A DNA stretch of 64,000 bases from Microcaecilia unicolor (lineage: Eukaryota), in the NCBI RefSeq assembly GCF_901765095.1, contig NW_021963017.1, forward strand, positions 174,253 through 238,252, given 5' to 3'. The position numbers and the translations under genes were made by a program. Positions within the stretch are counted from its first letter, which is position 1. Every line of letters begins with the position of its first letter. Under the pieces are notes generated by a model. That model worked only from the letters and a program-made list of their open reading frames with translations. It was not told the DNA's origin and searched no databases. Shown piece after piece: positions 13,876 to 25,614 of this stretch.

Positions 13876-14603
13876 TTATTTTAAAGCTTCCATTGTGTGT
13901 GTATGTATACATATGTATATGTAGGCGCATATCTCGACATCAGTGCTGTCATCAGCTGTTTGTAGATCATAATCAATAGCTACGTAGTGATGAAACGCCT
14001 CTTCAGTAACACCGGCTGGGATGTCAATAGCCTGTTCATCTGGCGCGTTTGCAACAGCTGCATCTGTTTCGTCCCTCTCCACATCCTTAAGAATGCTTGA
14101 CTGCTTGTAGCAGTTCACAATGGTTGCCTGTGTAATATGATTCCAGGCTTCTTTCTGCATATGTAGGGAATCCAACATTGACAGATCACGAGCCAGTTCA
14201 ACAGCACGTTTATCCTTGCCAGTCTAGTCATCCATAACGCTCATCAGACGACGTAGCACGAGAGCCCGATAATGTTTTTTGAAATTGGCTATTATGCCCT
14301 GATCCATAGATTGGATCAGAGAGGTAGTGTTTGGTGGCAGGAAGACTACCTTAATGTTAGACAGCCTGACATCATCACTGTGTGCAGCACAATTATCACA
14401 AAGCAACAAATCTGACACTTTTGTGCCCGCATTCTAGTGTCTAACTTCTTTAGCCGCTGCCTCCAAATTTCCCCAGTCATCCATGAATCTGCGTTAGCCT
14501 CGAATGACACAGGAAGTCGCTTAACTTTCTTGAAGCAACGGAGCTGTTTGCTCTTTCCAATGACAAGTGGTTCCAACTTCTCACTCCCATCCATATTGCA
14601 CAT
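13876..14603 (-). pseudogene. pogo/Tigger-like DDE transposase remnant, covering the C-terminal half and degraded
   Basis: Three adjacent minus-strand ORFs read KLEPLVIGKSK..CFKKVKRLPV..ANADSWMTGEIW, then LLLCDNCAAHS...NIKVVFLPPNTTSLIQSMDQGIIANFKKHYR, then a C-terminal AW..ITQATIVNCYKQS. Stops and frameshifts separate them. Confidence 0.6.
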
Positions 14604-15534
14604 TAAATCATATCTTCACTTCATCTCTTCTGTAGAAGTTTACATTTTAGATATACAAATGGATTATTCTGTTTCAAGCATGTTTCAGTGACAACTGGTT
14701 TTATAAGTCAAAATAATAATAAATATTTTGTTTCATGCAGATCTCATTTGTTTCAACATAATTAAATGGCCTATAAGACCTATAAGATGCTGGACAGAAG
14801 GGGGTGAGAGAAAGAAGATACTGTTAAGAGGAGTGGAAATAAAGATAGAGGGTGCTGTACAGAAGGGAGGAAATAGAATGAGAAGGAGAATTAGAACGAG
14901 AAAGGGCTGGAAGAGGGGAGAGTTAGCAAAACAACAAAAATCAGTAACAGGATGAAGAATGGGATGGTTGGGGTGAGGGAAATTATGTATACTAAGAACA
15001 AATTAAGTCTGAGCAGATTGAGAGACAGAAAACTACATTAAGGAAAGCTGAAGGGAAAAGATCAAAGTCAGAGATGGATCTATGAGAAGTGAAGAACTAC
15101 TACTACTATTTAGCATTTCTATAGCGCTACAAGAAGACAGAAAGGGAGAAAAGTAGGAGATGAACTGGAGATCTTGTAAAGAAAGTTAAGATAGAGGGAA
15201 GCAGAAATTGGAGATTGGGACATACATGGTTGGACAAAAACAAACAAAAAAAAAACAATCAGACAACAAAGGTAGAAAGAATAATTTTATTCTTAATTTA
15301 GTGAGTGGAAAATGTGAGCTTCACTGTAAATTTACACTGTTTTCTTTATAATTTGAAGAGAGCAAGGTGCTGTTTTTCTCTAGTGTTGCACTGCCTGCAG
15401 AGTGTGGCTTCTTGGGATTTAAGTTTAATTTTTGTCTATGTATCCACATTTTAAGTTTATGGTTGTTACTGTTTTCATCTCCACCACCTCTCGCAGGAGG
15501 GCATTCCAAGTATTCACCTGTCACGATGGTGACT

Positions 15535-16990
15535 GTTTCCTTGTCTATGCTCACCTCGCCCTCTGGTGGCCAGAACCGGTGGCTGCTATGGACTGTCACC
15601 CGTTCCAGACTTCAGCCGTGTCCGGTCCGGATCTTCCGGGCTGCCAGACTTGCTTCTCTTGTTTGTGCCTGAACAGCACCCGCAGCTGCTTTGTGATTCC
15701 TGCAGCTAAACTTCTGCAGCTGATGGGCTTTATTAATCACCTGGAAACTTCTGTGTTTGCCTTTACATTGTCTAAGGTCCCTGGTTTGTTTTGTGGCACT
15801 TCTGCCTAGTCTGGTTTCTTGTATAGTTCCTTGTCTGATTCTAGTTAGTCTGTGTGTACTTTAGCTTAGGTTTATTGCTTATTTCTTAGTCTTGTTTCTG
15901 GTTAGTATTCTTGGTCTAGTTTCTGTTTGTCTGTGTCTCTTGCTTAGTGGCTGCTCTGCGGCTTTCAGTCCTGTCTCTTGTCTGTCAGTATTTGTACCCT
16001 GTTTCAGTGGCTGCTTGGCAGCTTTCAGTTCCTGTCCTTTAGCTTGTTCCATTTCCTGCTTTGTGTAGTATTGTCTGTCTGTGAGTCCTAGCCCAGTTTC
16101 CTGCCTTGCTGTCCATGTATATTCCTTTCCCCTCTGACCCTCAGACTCTGTTCAGCCTAGTTGGTATCCAGTTCCTGCCCTGTCCGGTAAGTCCTGCCGG
16201 CCGCCTGCACCCAGGGGCTCAACTCCTGAGGAACGGCGGTCAAGTGCAGGTGAATTCTAGCTGTCCCTGTCAGAGTTCTGCCATGTCTCTGGTGTGGGGT
16301 GGTTTTGCTTGCCACTGCTGCTCCACGGCAGTGGCCCAAGGGCTCACGAACCTAGTTTCTGCTTTGGTGTTAGGTTTTCTAAGCAAGAAACTGGATTGTG
16401 AGCCCTTGGACCACTGCCGAGGAGCGGCAGTGGCAGGCAAAACCACCCCACACCAGAAGCAAGGCAGAACAGACGTACCAGCAAATCCAGGCTAGGTCTC
16501 TAGGCAGTCAGCCAGCAAACAGAAGACAGGTCCAGGCAAAGGTTCAAAAGGCAGGCGGCAAGCAAAGTCCAGGTCCAGGCAAAGGTTCAAAAGGCAGGTG
16601 GCAAGCAAAGCAAAGTCCAGGTCCAGGCAAAGGGTCAAAAGGCAGGCGGCAAGCAAAGTAAAGTCCAGGATCAGGCAAGGCTCAAAAGGCAGGAAACCAG
16701 CAAAAGCAGAATCGGGTCCAGACAAAGTCTCTCAGGCAGAAGTGCACAAGCACCCACGTACCAGGGCCTAAGGCAATGCAAAGGCAACCAGAAATGTTTC
16801 AAGATGGCTAATAAGCCCAGAAGCAGTTGAAACTCAGCTGCGGCAATCACCAGGCAGCTACGGGTGCTGTGCAGGCTCAAACAACACAAGCAAACCTGGC
16901 AGCCTGGAAGATCCGGATCGGACTAAGCTAAAATCTGGAACGAGTGATGGTCCATAGCAGCCACCCGCTCTGGCCACCAGAGGGCGAGGA
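15535..16990. mobile_element. Non-autonomous element with ~50-bp terminal inverted repeats and internal tandem repeats
   Basis: The terminal repeat ctcgccctctggtggccagaaccggtggctgctatggac at 15560-15600 reappears reverse-complemented at 16940-16985. Inside are ~60-bp tandem units at 15840-16100 and 42-bp units at 16500-16690. Related copies lie at 52525-53430, 39550-40340 and 54230-55200. Confidence 0.4.
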
Positions 16991-17149
16991 AAGCACAGAC
17001 GTAACATTTGGAAAACCTGACAGTTTCCTTTTTTTGTTATTTAATGTTGAGTAAAGCCATCTTTTTGGCATTGGTAAAATGCTCTCTATGTACTGTCGGT
17101 ATTAGAAGCTAGGGAGGGTTGATTTGGGAAGGATATATTGAAAATGTAT

Positions 17150-17512
17150 GTTTGTACCTGATAATTCTTTCCTTTAGTCACAGCAGATTAATCCAGAGAT
17201 TTATGGGCTATAACCATCTACCAGCAGGTGGAGATAGTTCAGTTCAGTGCTCCTTGCTCAGGCAGTATTTATCATAACTAAGCAGAAGGAAACAGAATTC
17301 TAACATTTCTCCTTTCCCACAGGGAAAAACGTGACAAAGCAGGAACTGCAAAACATGTAAACCAATGACAACAGTCCACCTAAAATGTAAAAATGCAACA
17401 ATACGTTCCAACAGAGAAGTAACTGATAGAAACTGCCGGAAAACAGGGTAGGGCCTCTAGATTAATTTGCTGTGAATAAAGGAAAGAAAAGTATCAGGTA
17501 AGACCAAGGAGG
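17150..17512. mobile_element. Short (~360 bp) non-autonomous element bounded by DIRS-type terminal repeats
   Basis: The left end is cctgataattctttcctttagtcacagcagattaatcca...ctaccagcaggtggagatag. The right end is ctagattaatttgctgtgaataaaggaaagaaaagtatcaggtaag, its reverse complement. There is no coding capacity. Confidence 0.45.
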
Positions 17513-17924
17513 TTTAATAGACAGGAGTAGAAGTGAGCCAAGTAAGCAAGGAAGCCAATTTGGTTAATCTCTGTTTCCACACCCCTACGCAGCCGTCATT
17601 GCCATATACTCAAAACAAAGCAAGTAAACAAACAAACCTATGAGCTGCTGAATCCACGTTATCATTCTTTATTGTTGGTTCACCTGTAACAAGTCTAAAG
17701 CTGTTTCAGTTGGATAGGCTGTGCCTTAAAAGTGGAGGAGACAAGAAATAACAATTGAATATAATTCAAACAGCTTCAAAAATTATTGTAGCTGGTAGAA
17801 ACTGCAATTCTAAACTCTGTAGTTTTGTACTAATTTTTCTTCACTGTTCTTCTATACAATACAGATGGCCAGATTTCAGTGAAGATATCCTGTTTCCTGA
17901 TGGGTTCATCTTAACTGTTGTTGT

Positions 17925-19250
17925 AATCTAACTTGGGAAGCCTGGAGGGACATAATCGAAAAGGATGCCCAAGTTTTGCTGAGGACGTCCTCGCAAAACG
18001 TCCCGATGGAGGGGCGGGGAAACCCCATATTATCGAAACAAGATGGACGCCCATCTTTAATTTCGATAATACGGTCGAGGACGCCCAAAACCAGAAATTT
18101 AGGTTGTCCTTACAGATGGTCATCCCTAGACTTGGTTGTTTCTGATTTTCGGCGATAATGGAAACCAAGGACACCCATCTCAGAAATGACCAAATGCAAG
18201 CCCTTTGGTCGTGGGAGGAGCCAGCATTCATGGTGCACTGGTCCCCCTCACATACCAGGACACCAACCGGGCACCCTAGGGGGCACTGCAGTGGACTTCA
18301 TAAAATGCTCCCAGGTACATAGCTCCCTTACCTTGTGTGCTGAGCCCCCCAAAACCCACTACCCCCAACTGTACAACACTACCATAGCCCTTACGGGTGA
18401 AGGGGGCACCTACATGTGGGTACAGTGGGTTTCTGGTGGGTTTTAGAGGGCTCTATTTTTAACACCACAAATGTAACAGGTGGGGGGGGGATGGGCCTGG
18501 GTCCGCCTGCCTGAAGTGCACTGCACCCACTAAAACTGCTGTCATGGACCTGAGTATGACATTTGAGGCTGGCATAAAATATTTTTAAAGATGTTTTTGA
18601 GGGTGGGAGGGGTTAGTGACCACTGGGGGAGTAAGGGGAGGTCATCCCCAATTCTCTCCGGTGGTCATCTGGTCAGTTCGGGCACCTTTTTCTGGCTTGG
18701 TTGTAAGAAAAACAGGATCAGGTAAAGTCGTCCAAGTGCTCGTCAGGGACGCCCTTTTTTTCCATTATGGGTCGAGGATGCCCATGTGTTAGGCACGCCC
18801 ATCCCGCCTTTGCTACGCCTCCAACACGCCCCTGGGAACTTTGGTTTTCCCCGTGATGGCTGACAAAAAATATTTTTAAAGATGTTTTTTGAGGGTGGGA
18901 GGGGGTTAGTGACCACTGGGGAAGTAAGGGGAGGTCATCCCCAATTCTCTCCGGTGGTCATCTGGTCAGTTCGGGCACCTTTTTCTGGCTTGGTCGTAAG
19001 AAAAACAGGATCAGGTAAAGTCGTCCAAGTGCTCGTCAGGAACACCCTTTTTTTCCATTATGGGTCGAAGACACCCATGTGTTAGGCACGCCCAAGTCCC
19101 GCCTTTGCTACACCTCCAACACGCCCCCGGGAACTTTGGTTGTCCCCGTGACGGAAAGCAGTTGAGGATGCCCAAAATTGGCTTGCGATTATACCGATTT
19201 GAGTGACCCTGTGAGAAGGATGCCTTCTCTTTCGAAAATAAGCCTGCTGG
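17925..19250. repeat. Unclassified interspersed repeat family with GGACGYCC and TTCGAAAAT motifs, with an internal ~295-bp tandem duplication at 18576-19160
   Basis: Homologous copies lie at 46370-46600 and 55560-56060. The two tandem units at 18576-18865 and 18866-19160 are nearly identical. Confidence 0.45.
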
Positions 19251-20029
19251 TGTTATAAAGATGATAGTGTTCTGCTGCATGCATTTGGCTATGCCATTCT
19301 ATAACTACAGAAAAAAAAAAAGTTATACGGCAATCAGAAAGAGGAAATGTCTTTTATTACTCACCAGCACAGGATCAGATATCAGCAGCAAGTTGTGGAA
19401 AGATAATAGCAAAGTTAGAAAATCTAACATCAGTAGCTTTGGTAATTAGAACAAGTCAGGTTAATTACATAAAAACAAAAAAAAGATTAAAAAAATTAAA
19501 AAAAATAGAGAAAAGAGCAAATGACAGGAAATATCACTGATTCTGAAGCGAAATAAAATATAAAGAGAAAAGCAAATAGTTGTTTGTTGTAAAGAAATAG
19601 TTCTCACCAGGAGCAAACACAGGAAAAGTATATTTCTTGGATAATTCACCATTAAGCAAAGACAACGCCCTGAGTCAGGAGAGAAAACTCTCTTGCAAGA
19701 AGCTCATTCCAAAGAACTACTTGTCTGCAGTGTATTTTGATAGTACTAATGATGCAGTCACCTCTCCCCTCCCCTACACCAATCATAGGTTCTGCATATG
19801 GGCTGGAGACTTGTAATAGGATCCTTAAAGTCCTTGCTACACCTCTTCTCAGTAAATGATATTTGTATTTTGCATTTCTTATCCCTGTATCATTATAAAT
19901 TAATAAAAAATTTAAAGATGGATATTTGTAACAAGTTATACCAGACAGTTGAGTTGCCCTAGCAAGAGGAGGTCTTTTCAGAGTTCGTGATCAGCCAGGA
20001 ATTCCTGCATGTGACTGATGGGAAAATTA

Positions 20030-20962
20030 GGTTCTTACCTTGATAATTTTCTTTCCTTTAGTCACAGCAGATTAATCCATTAACTGATGGATTGTATCTG
20101 CCTACCAGCAGGTGGAGATAGAGAACACTGAAAGCACATGGTGTTCTAGGACGCCCAAAGCAGAGTGAATAAAAAAGGCAATCAAACATATAAATGGCGA
20201 GTGACCGTACTCACTCGCAAATGCGCAGACTTCCCTCTCTGTCCCGCCCCTGCATCAATACGTGATGACGGGGGGGCGGGACAGAGAGGGAAACTGCGCG
20301 AAGGGGAGGGAACCGCCGAGGTCACCACCACTCCCCCTCCCCCCCCTGAGGTCGCTGCCACTGGTACACCCCCCCCCCCCCCGGAGTCGCTGCCGCCGCC
20401 GCCACCCCTCCACCCAGCCCATCTCTTCGCTATTCAACTTACATCTCCGGAGCAGGCAGATCAGCTGAGCTGCCATTGGCCTTCCTTCCCTGCCTGTGTC
20501 TCGCCCTCGCCGACGTTACGTCACACGAGGGTGGGACACAGGCAGAGAAGGAAGGCCGACGGGAGCTCAGCTGATCTGCCTGCTCCAGAGATGTAAGTTG
20601 AATAGCGAAGAGACGGGGTGGCGGCGGCGGCAACTCAGGGGGAGGGGCCAGCAGCGTCCTCAGGGGGAGGGAGCAGCAGCGACCCAATGGCCCGTTTCAA
20701 CGGGCTCTACGGCTAGTATAACATAAACTTTCCTCACAGAGAACAAACGCCCCAGAACCGGGGCAATAACCAAACAAAGGAGGGATGTTATCAACCTCCC
20801 GCAATAAAAACAGCATGTAGAAACTCTGATAGCTTGTTTTCAAGTACTCCTGATGAGGCACAGTGTCTGTATGCAACATCTGTACAAAAACTAAAGTCAG
20901 TCAGGGAGGGATCATGGATTAATCTGCTGTAACTAAAGGAAAGAAAATTATTCATTTATTTA
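20030..20962. mobile_element. Non-autonomous DIRS-ITR-bounded element of ~930 bp with internal palindromes
   Basis: The same termini as 17150-17512 occur at 20030-20130 and, reverse-complemented, at 20900-20960. Internal hairpins lie at 20230-20290 and 20440-20640. Confidence 0.45.
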
Positions 20963-21798
20963 TTTATTTATTTTTATTTATTGCATTTGTATCCCACCTT
21001 TTCCCACCTATATGCAGGCTCAAAGTGGCTTACAGAGTGTGGTTATGACATAATCATTTCGTGATAACAGGTACAATTCTTATAGTTTGAATGTTGGTAA
21101 GAGAAGATAGGCATAGTCGTTTCATGATAACAAGTACAATTATTACTGTTTAAAGATTAGGTAAGGGAGGATAGACGGAAAGTATTAGGTAAGTTAGAGG
21201 TGAGCTGTGGATTGATGAAGTAGTTTTGTAGGCTATGTATTTTCCTTGTAGGCCTTTTGGAAGAGATGAGTCTTCAGAGATTTGCGGAAGTTAATTATTT
21301 CGTCAATAGCTTTCAGGTCTGTAGGTAGAGCATTCCACAGCTGCGTGCTCAAGTAGGAGAAGGTGGTGGCGTGTGTTAGCTTGTATTTTAGTCCTTTGCA
21401 GCTGGGGAAGTGCAGATTGAGATATTTGCGGGCTGATCTTACAGCGTTTCTGGGAGGCAAGTCCACAAAGTTTAGCATGTAGATTGGGGCGTCTGCGTGT
21501 ATAATTTTGTGTACTATCGTGCAGATCTTGAACTCAACGCGTTCTTTGAGTGGGAGCCAATGGAGTTTCTCTCTTAGGGGTTTAGCACTTTCATATTTAT
21601 TTTTTCCAAATATGAGTCTGGCGGCTATATTCTGGGCTGTTTGGAGTTTTTTTTATAGTTTGTTCTTTGCAGCCGGCGTATAGTGCATTACAGTAGTCCA
21701 GGTGACTTATTACCATTGACTGTACCAGGGTGCAGAAGATATGTCTCGGGAAGAAAGGTTTTACTCTTTTGAGTTTCTACATTGAGTGGAACATTCTC

Positions 21799-22329
21799 TT
21801 AGTTGAGTGTGAGGTTTCGGTCGATAGTCACTCCAAGAATTTTTAGGTTTTGCGCGACGGGAAGAGAACAGTATGGTGTGGTTATTTTGGAGTAGATGTT
21901 TTTGTTGTGTTGTGAGGTTAGTACAAGACATTGTGTTTTCTCTGCGTTGAGTTTCAGTTTGAACGCATTAGCCCAGGAGTGCATGGTTTGGAGGCTTTGG
22001 TTGATCTCGTTGGTGATTTTGTTTAGATCCTGTTTGAATGGGATGTAGATCGTGACATCGTCTGCATATATATAGGGATTGAAGTTTTCGTTGGCTAGGA
22101 GTTTGGCTAGTGGTATCATCATTAGGTTGAAGAGAGTTGGTGATAGGGAGGATCCTTGGGGAACTCCGCATTCAGGTGTCCATGGGGATGATATGTCCGC
22201 GTTGGTTATGACTTGGTATGGTCTTGTGGTCAGGAATCCTTTGAACCATTTGAGAAGTGTGCCTCCTACTCCGAAGTATTCTAGTATATGTAATAGTATT
22301 TCATGGTTAACCATGTCCATAGGAGGCAA
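21799..22329 (-). CDS. LINE ORF2 reverse-transcriptase domain (fragment)
   Basis: PWTPECGVPQGSSLSPTLFNLMM...YIYADDVTIY. Further ORF2 pieces lie at 21233-21478, 23765-24247 and 24359-24916, all on the minus strand. Confidence 0.75.
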   Translation of the reverse strand: MPPMDMVNHEILLHILEYFGVGGTLLKWFKGFLTTRPYQVITNADISSPWTPECGVPQGSSLSPTLFNLMMIPLAKLLANENFNPYIYADDVTIYIPFKQDLNKITNEINQSLQTMHSWANAFKLKLNAEKTQCLVLTSQHNKNIYSKITTPYCSLPVAQNLKILGVTIDRNLTLN

Positions 22330-22439
22330 CTTTTCAAAATGAATGGGGGTGCTGAATTTCTGAAATTTTTTTTTACAGGTGGTGCATTCCCCTCCCCCTC
22401 AATTCCAGGCCCCCCTTCTCACCCTCCCAGTTCCAGAAC

Positions 22440-22700
22440 CCCCATCACTACTACTACTACTACTACTTATCATTTCTATAGCGCTACCGGACGTACGTAG
22501 CGCTTTACACTTGAACATGGAGAGACAGTCCCTGCTCGATAGAGCTTACAATCTAATTAGGACAGACAGATAGAACAAGTAAGGGATAAGGGTTAGGACA
22601 GACAGGTCATATCAGGGATAGGGGACAGTTGAAGGGTTAGGTACAGCTAAAAGGCATTATGTACTGTAGATATGAATAACGTGTCTTAATACTTTATAAG
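22440..22700 (+). mobile_element. SINE copy of the same family as 5617-5883, with an (ACT)n head, nested in the LINE
   Basis: actactactactactacttatcatttctatagcgctaccggacgtacgtagcgctttaca...cctgctcgatagagcttacaatctaa. Confidence 0.5.
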
Positions 22701-23399
22701 TATGTGAAGCAATGATAAAACAACCATCATCAGATTTCACAATTATAAAGTCCATTAGAAAGCTAATGGGGCCAGTGTGGTGGCCTACTGGCAATGCTAT
22801 GTGCTGCCATATAGAGGACACTGGCTTTTCTTAGTGAAAGAAGGCCTGTAACAACTACTTCTGTACCATGCTTGGGTGGTTAAGAGTTAACTATTGCACA
22901 CAACAGAATATCTACTAGCCAGATTTCCGATTAATATGTTATCAGGTTCTAGATGGAGCTGTTGTGGTCTTTAGTCCTGGCTAATTAACCCAATAGTTTG
23001 GCTACGTGGAGGAACATGGGAGTTGTGAATGAAGGAGCATGGCACCCTAGTAAAGAGATCTGATCCATTCTAGTGAACTGCAAGCTTAATGGAGCTATAA
23101 GTGCTGGCTCAATTATGGAAACAAAAATTGTGAATTACATTTACTTGGTTACTAACTAATTTGTCTTAGAAATTAAACTGACCAATGGAAGCCGTGGTTG
23201 TTTTCACTGAGAAAGGTATATTAATTTCTACAGATTTTCTCCTTTTCTTTATACGCAACGGACTGCTTACAGAGTTCTGAGAGTTTGGCTGACACTATAG
23301 AAAAACTGTCTCTGCTTCCTTGCTGGTATAAATTAACAAAATGTACATGATGCTGTTCCGCATGTAGAGATTACCCACCCTCCCTCCCTCTCCCTCCGA

Positions 23400-23720
23400 G
23401 TTTCAGGATGGCCCCCCCATCTCCCTCCCTCCTTCCGAATTTAAAAGTCACTCATCTTACCTCCTCGTCGGAGGAGTTACATCTGCAGCAGCCCAGGAAG
23501 AAGCATGCAGACAGGAGACTCAGAGCTGTTCCGTCTGCTCTCTCTCAGCTCTGGTCCCGCCCTCATTTCCTGTTTACGCAAGGGCGGGACCAGAGCTGAG
23601 AGAGACCAAACGGAACAGCTGAGTCTCCTGCCTGCACGCTTTTTCCGGGGCTGGTGCTGCAGATGTAACTCCTCCGACGAGGAGGTAAGATGAGTGACTT
23701 TTAAATTTCGGAGGGAGGGG
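23400..23720. repeat. Long near-perfect palindrome with ~150-bp arms
   Basis: The arms cctccgaatttaaaagtcactcatcttacctcctcgtcggaggagttacatctgcagcag...gctgagagagac are mirrored around ~23560. The minus-strand ORFs here are artefacts of it. Confidence 0.7.
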
Positions 23721-24939
23721 GGACGCCTTGCAGGGAACTTCCGGTGGGTGACCATTGGGGGTGCTCAAGCACTCACAACACCCACGGAGTTGGCGCCTAT
23801 GACCATGTAGAAAGCGCTAGACATGTCAAATTGTAGGAGGAGTATGTTGTTGTCGGTTGCAATTGCTTGTTTGAAAATGTTCATTGCCGACCATAGTACC
23901 GTTTCGGTGCTGTGATTTGTCCGGAATCCTGACTGAGATTCGTGCAGAATTGAATGTTCGGTTAGGTAATCAGAGAGTTGTTTCGTCACTATGCCCTCCA
24001 TGAGTTTAGTTATGAGTGGGATAGATGCTACTGGGCGATAGTTAGTTAGGTCCGTTGTGCTTTTCTTCGCATCTTTTGGCAGTGGGGTAAGTAGGATGTT
24101 TCCTTTCTGCGTGGGAAAGAGGCCGTTTTGAAGCCTGTAGTTTATGTGCTTCGTAAGGTCTTTTTTTAATTGTTTGGGGGTTGATCTCATTAGGCTATTG
24201 GGCCAAACGTCTAATTTGCATTGTGAATTAGCGATTTTCCGAGCCATTTTGAGAATTAATCAGAAGATATCGTGTCAAACCTGGTCCATGATCGATCTGC
24301 TGGTCATTCCCCTAGTTTTGAGTCTAGGCATTCAAGGATGCTTGTGTACTCAGTTTTATTAGTAGGTATCATGAGTTGTAGCTTTGTGATTTTTTTCGTT
24401 GAAGTACTTTGCAAGATTGGTTGCAGATGGGATGTCTGTGTTGTTAGAGGTGACCGGTGTAGTGTTTAGGAGTTTATTTACGAGTGTGAAGAGTTTGTGT
24501 GTGTCCTTGTAATTTGGTCCTATTGTGGTTTTGAAGTATGTTCTTTTAGTTTGTCTGATAGTGTATTTGTATTTCCTTTGTAGTTTTTTCCAGTCTTTGA
24601 GTGTATGTACGTCTTTTTTCTTGATCCATGCTCGTTCTAATCTTCTGACTTGTGTTTTTAGTTCTTTCAGCTCTTCATTGAACCATGGTATAGAATTTAT
24701 TCTATGTGAGGTTCTGGTTTGTATTGGTGCTATGTTATCTAGTACTGTTTTGCATCTGTTGTCCCCAGGGGCGTATCTGGACTCCGGCGGTAGGGGGGGC
24801 CAGAGCCAGAGGGAGGGGGCACATTTTAGCCCCCCCCGCCGCCACCGACCCCCCCCCGCCATTGTCAGAGCCCCCACCGCCACCAATGACTCTCTCCACC
24901 CCCCTCCTGCCGCCAACCCTCCCCCGCTGCCGTTGCTTA

Positions 24940-25380
24940 CCTTTGCTGGCGGGGGGCCCCAACCCCCGCCAGCCGAGGTCCGCTTCCACCTGCCGCTGCC
25001 TTAAAAACTACTTCTTCAGCCGGTGGGGGACCCCAAACCCCCGCCAGCCGCCCCGAGGTGTTTAAAGTTCATCTTCGGCCTCCGTGGCCGTGCTGCTGTT
25101 GATAGGAGCTGTTGAATCCACTTCGGAGTCTGATGTCGCAGCACGTACAACGTACAACGACGTCAGACTCCGAAGTGGATTCAACAGCTCCTATCAACAG
25201 CAGCACGGCCACGGAGGCCGAAGATGAACTTTAAACACCTCGGGGCGGCTGGCGGGGGTTTGGGGTCCCCCGCCGGCTGAAGAAGTAGTTTTGAAGGCAG
25301 CGGCAGGTGGAAGCGGACCTCAGCTGGCGGGGGTTGGGGCCCCCCACCAGCAAAGGTAAGCAACGGCAGCGGGGGAGGGT
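24940..25380. repeat. Long GC-rich inverted repeat or palindrome with a central hairpin at 25080-25230
   Basis: ccccaaacccccgccagccgccccgaggtgtttaaagttcatcttcggcc...ggccgaagatgaactttaaacacctcggggcggctggcgggggtttgggg. The centre is a hairpin: ggagctgttgaatccacttcggagtctgatgtcgcagcacgtacaacgtacaacgacgtcagactccgaagtggattcaacagctcc. Confidence 0.7.
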
Positions 25381-25614
25381 TGATGGCGGTAGGGGGGTCC
25401 AGGGCAAAATCTGCGGGGACCCAGGCCCCTGAGGCCCCACGCAGATATGCCCCTGGTTGTCCCATTCTTGGAGAAATTGGGGGGAGTCTGTGGGAGTTTT
25501 CCATTCGTCTGTAAAGAATTGTTGCCAGAATGTTTGCGGGTCAATTTTACCTCTCGTACTATATGTTTTATTCACTTGTTTTTGTTGTGTCTTTTTTGTT
25601 TTCCAACGTAAGGA

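Larger units (their letters stand above)
20950..24920 (-). mobile_element. CR1/L2-like LINE, 5'-truncated, with a nested insertion at ~22340-23760
   Basis: The RT motifs are GVPQGSSLSPTLF and YADD. The ORF2 C-terminal tail reads ...FRKSLKTHLFQKAY. A (TAAA)n-type 3' tail sits at ~20940-20975, read on the minus strand. Confidence 0.7.

Noticed and set aside
16398-16889. ORFs encoding GKQSPGPGKGSKG-type repeats
   Set aside because: They are translation artefacts of the 42-bp tandem repeat inside a non-autonomous element.
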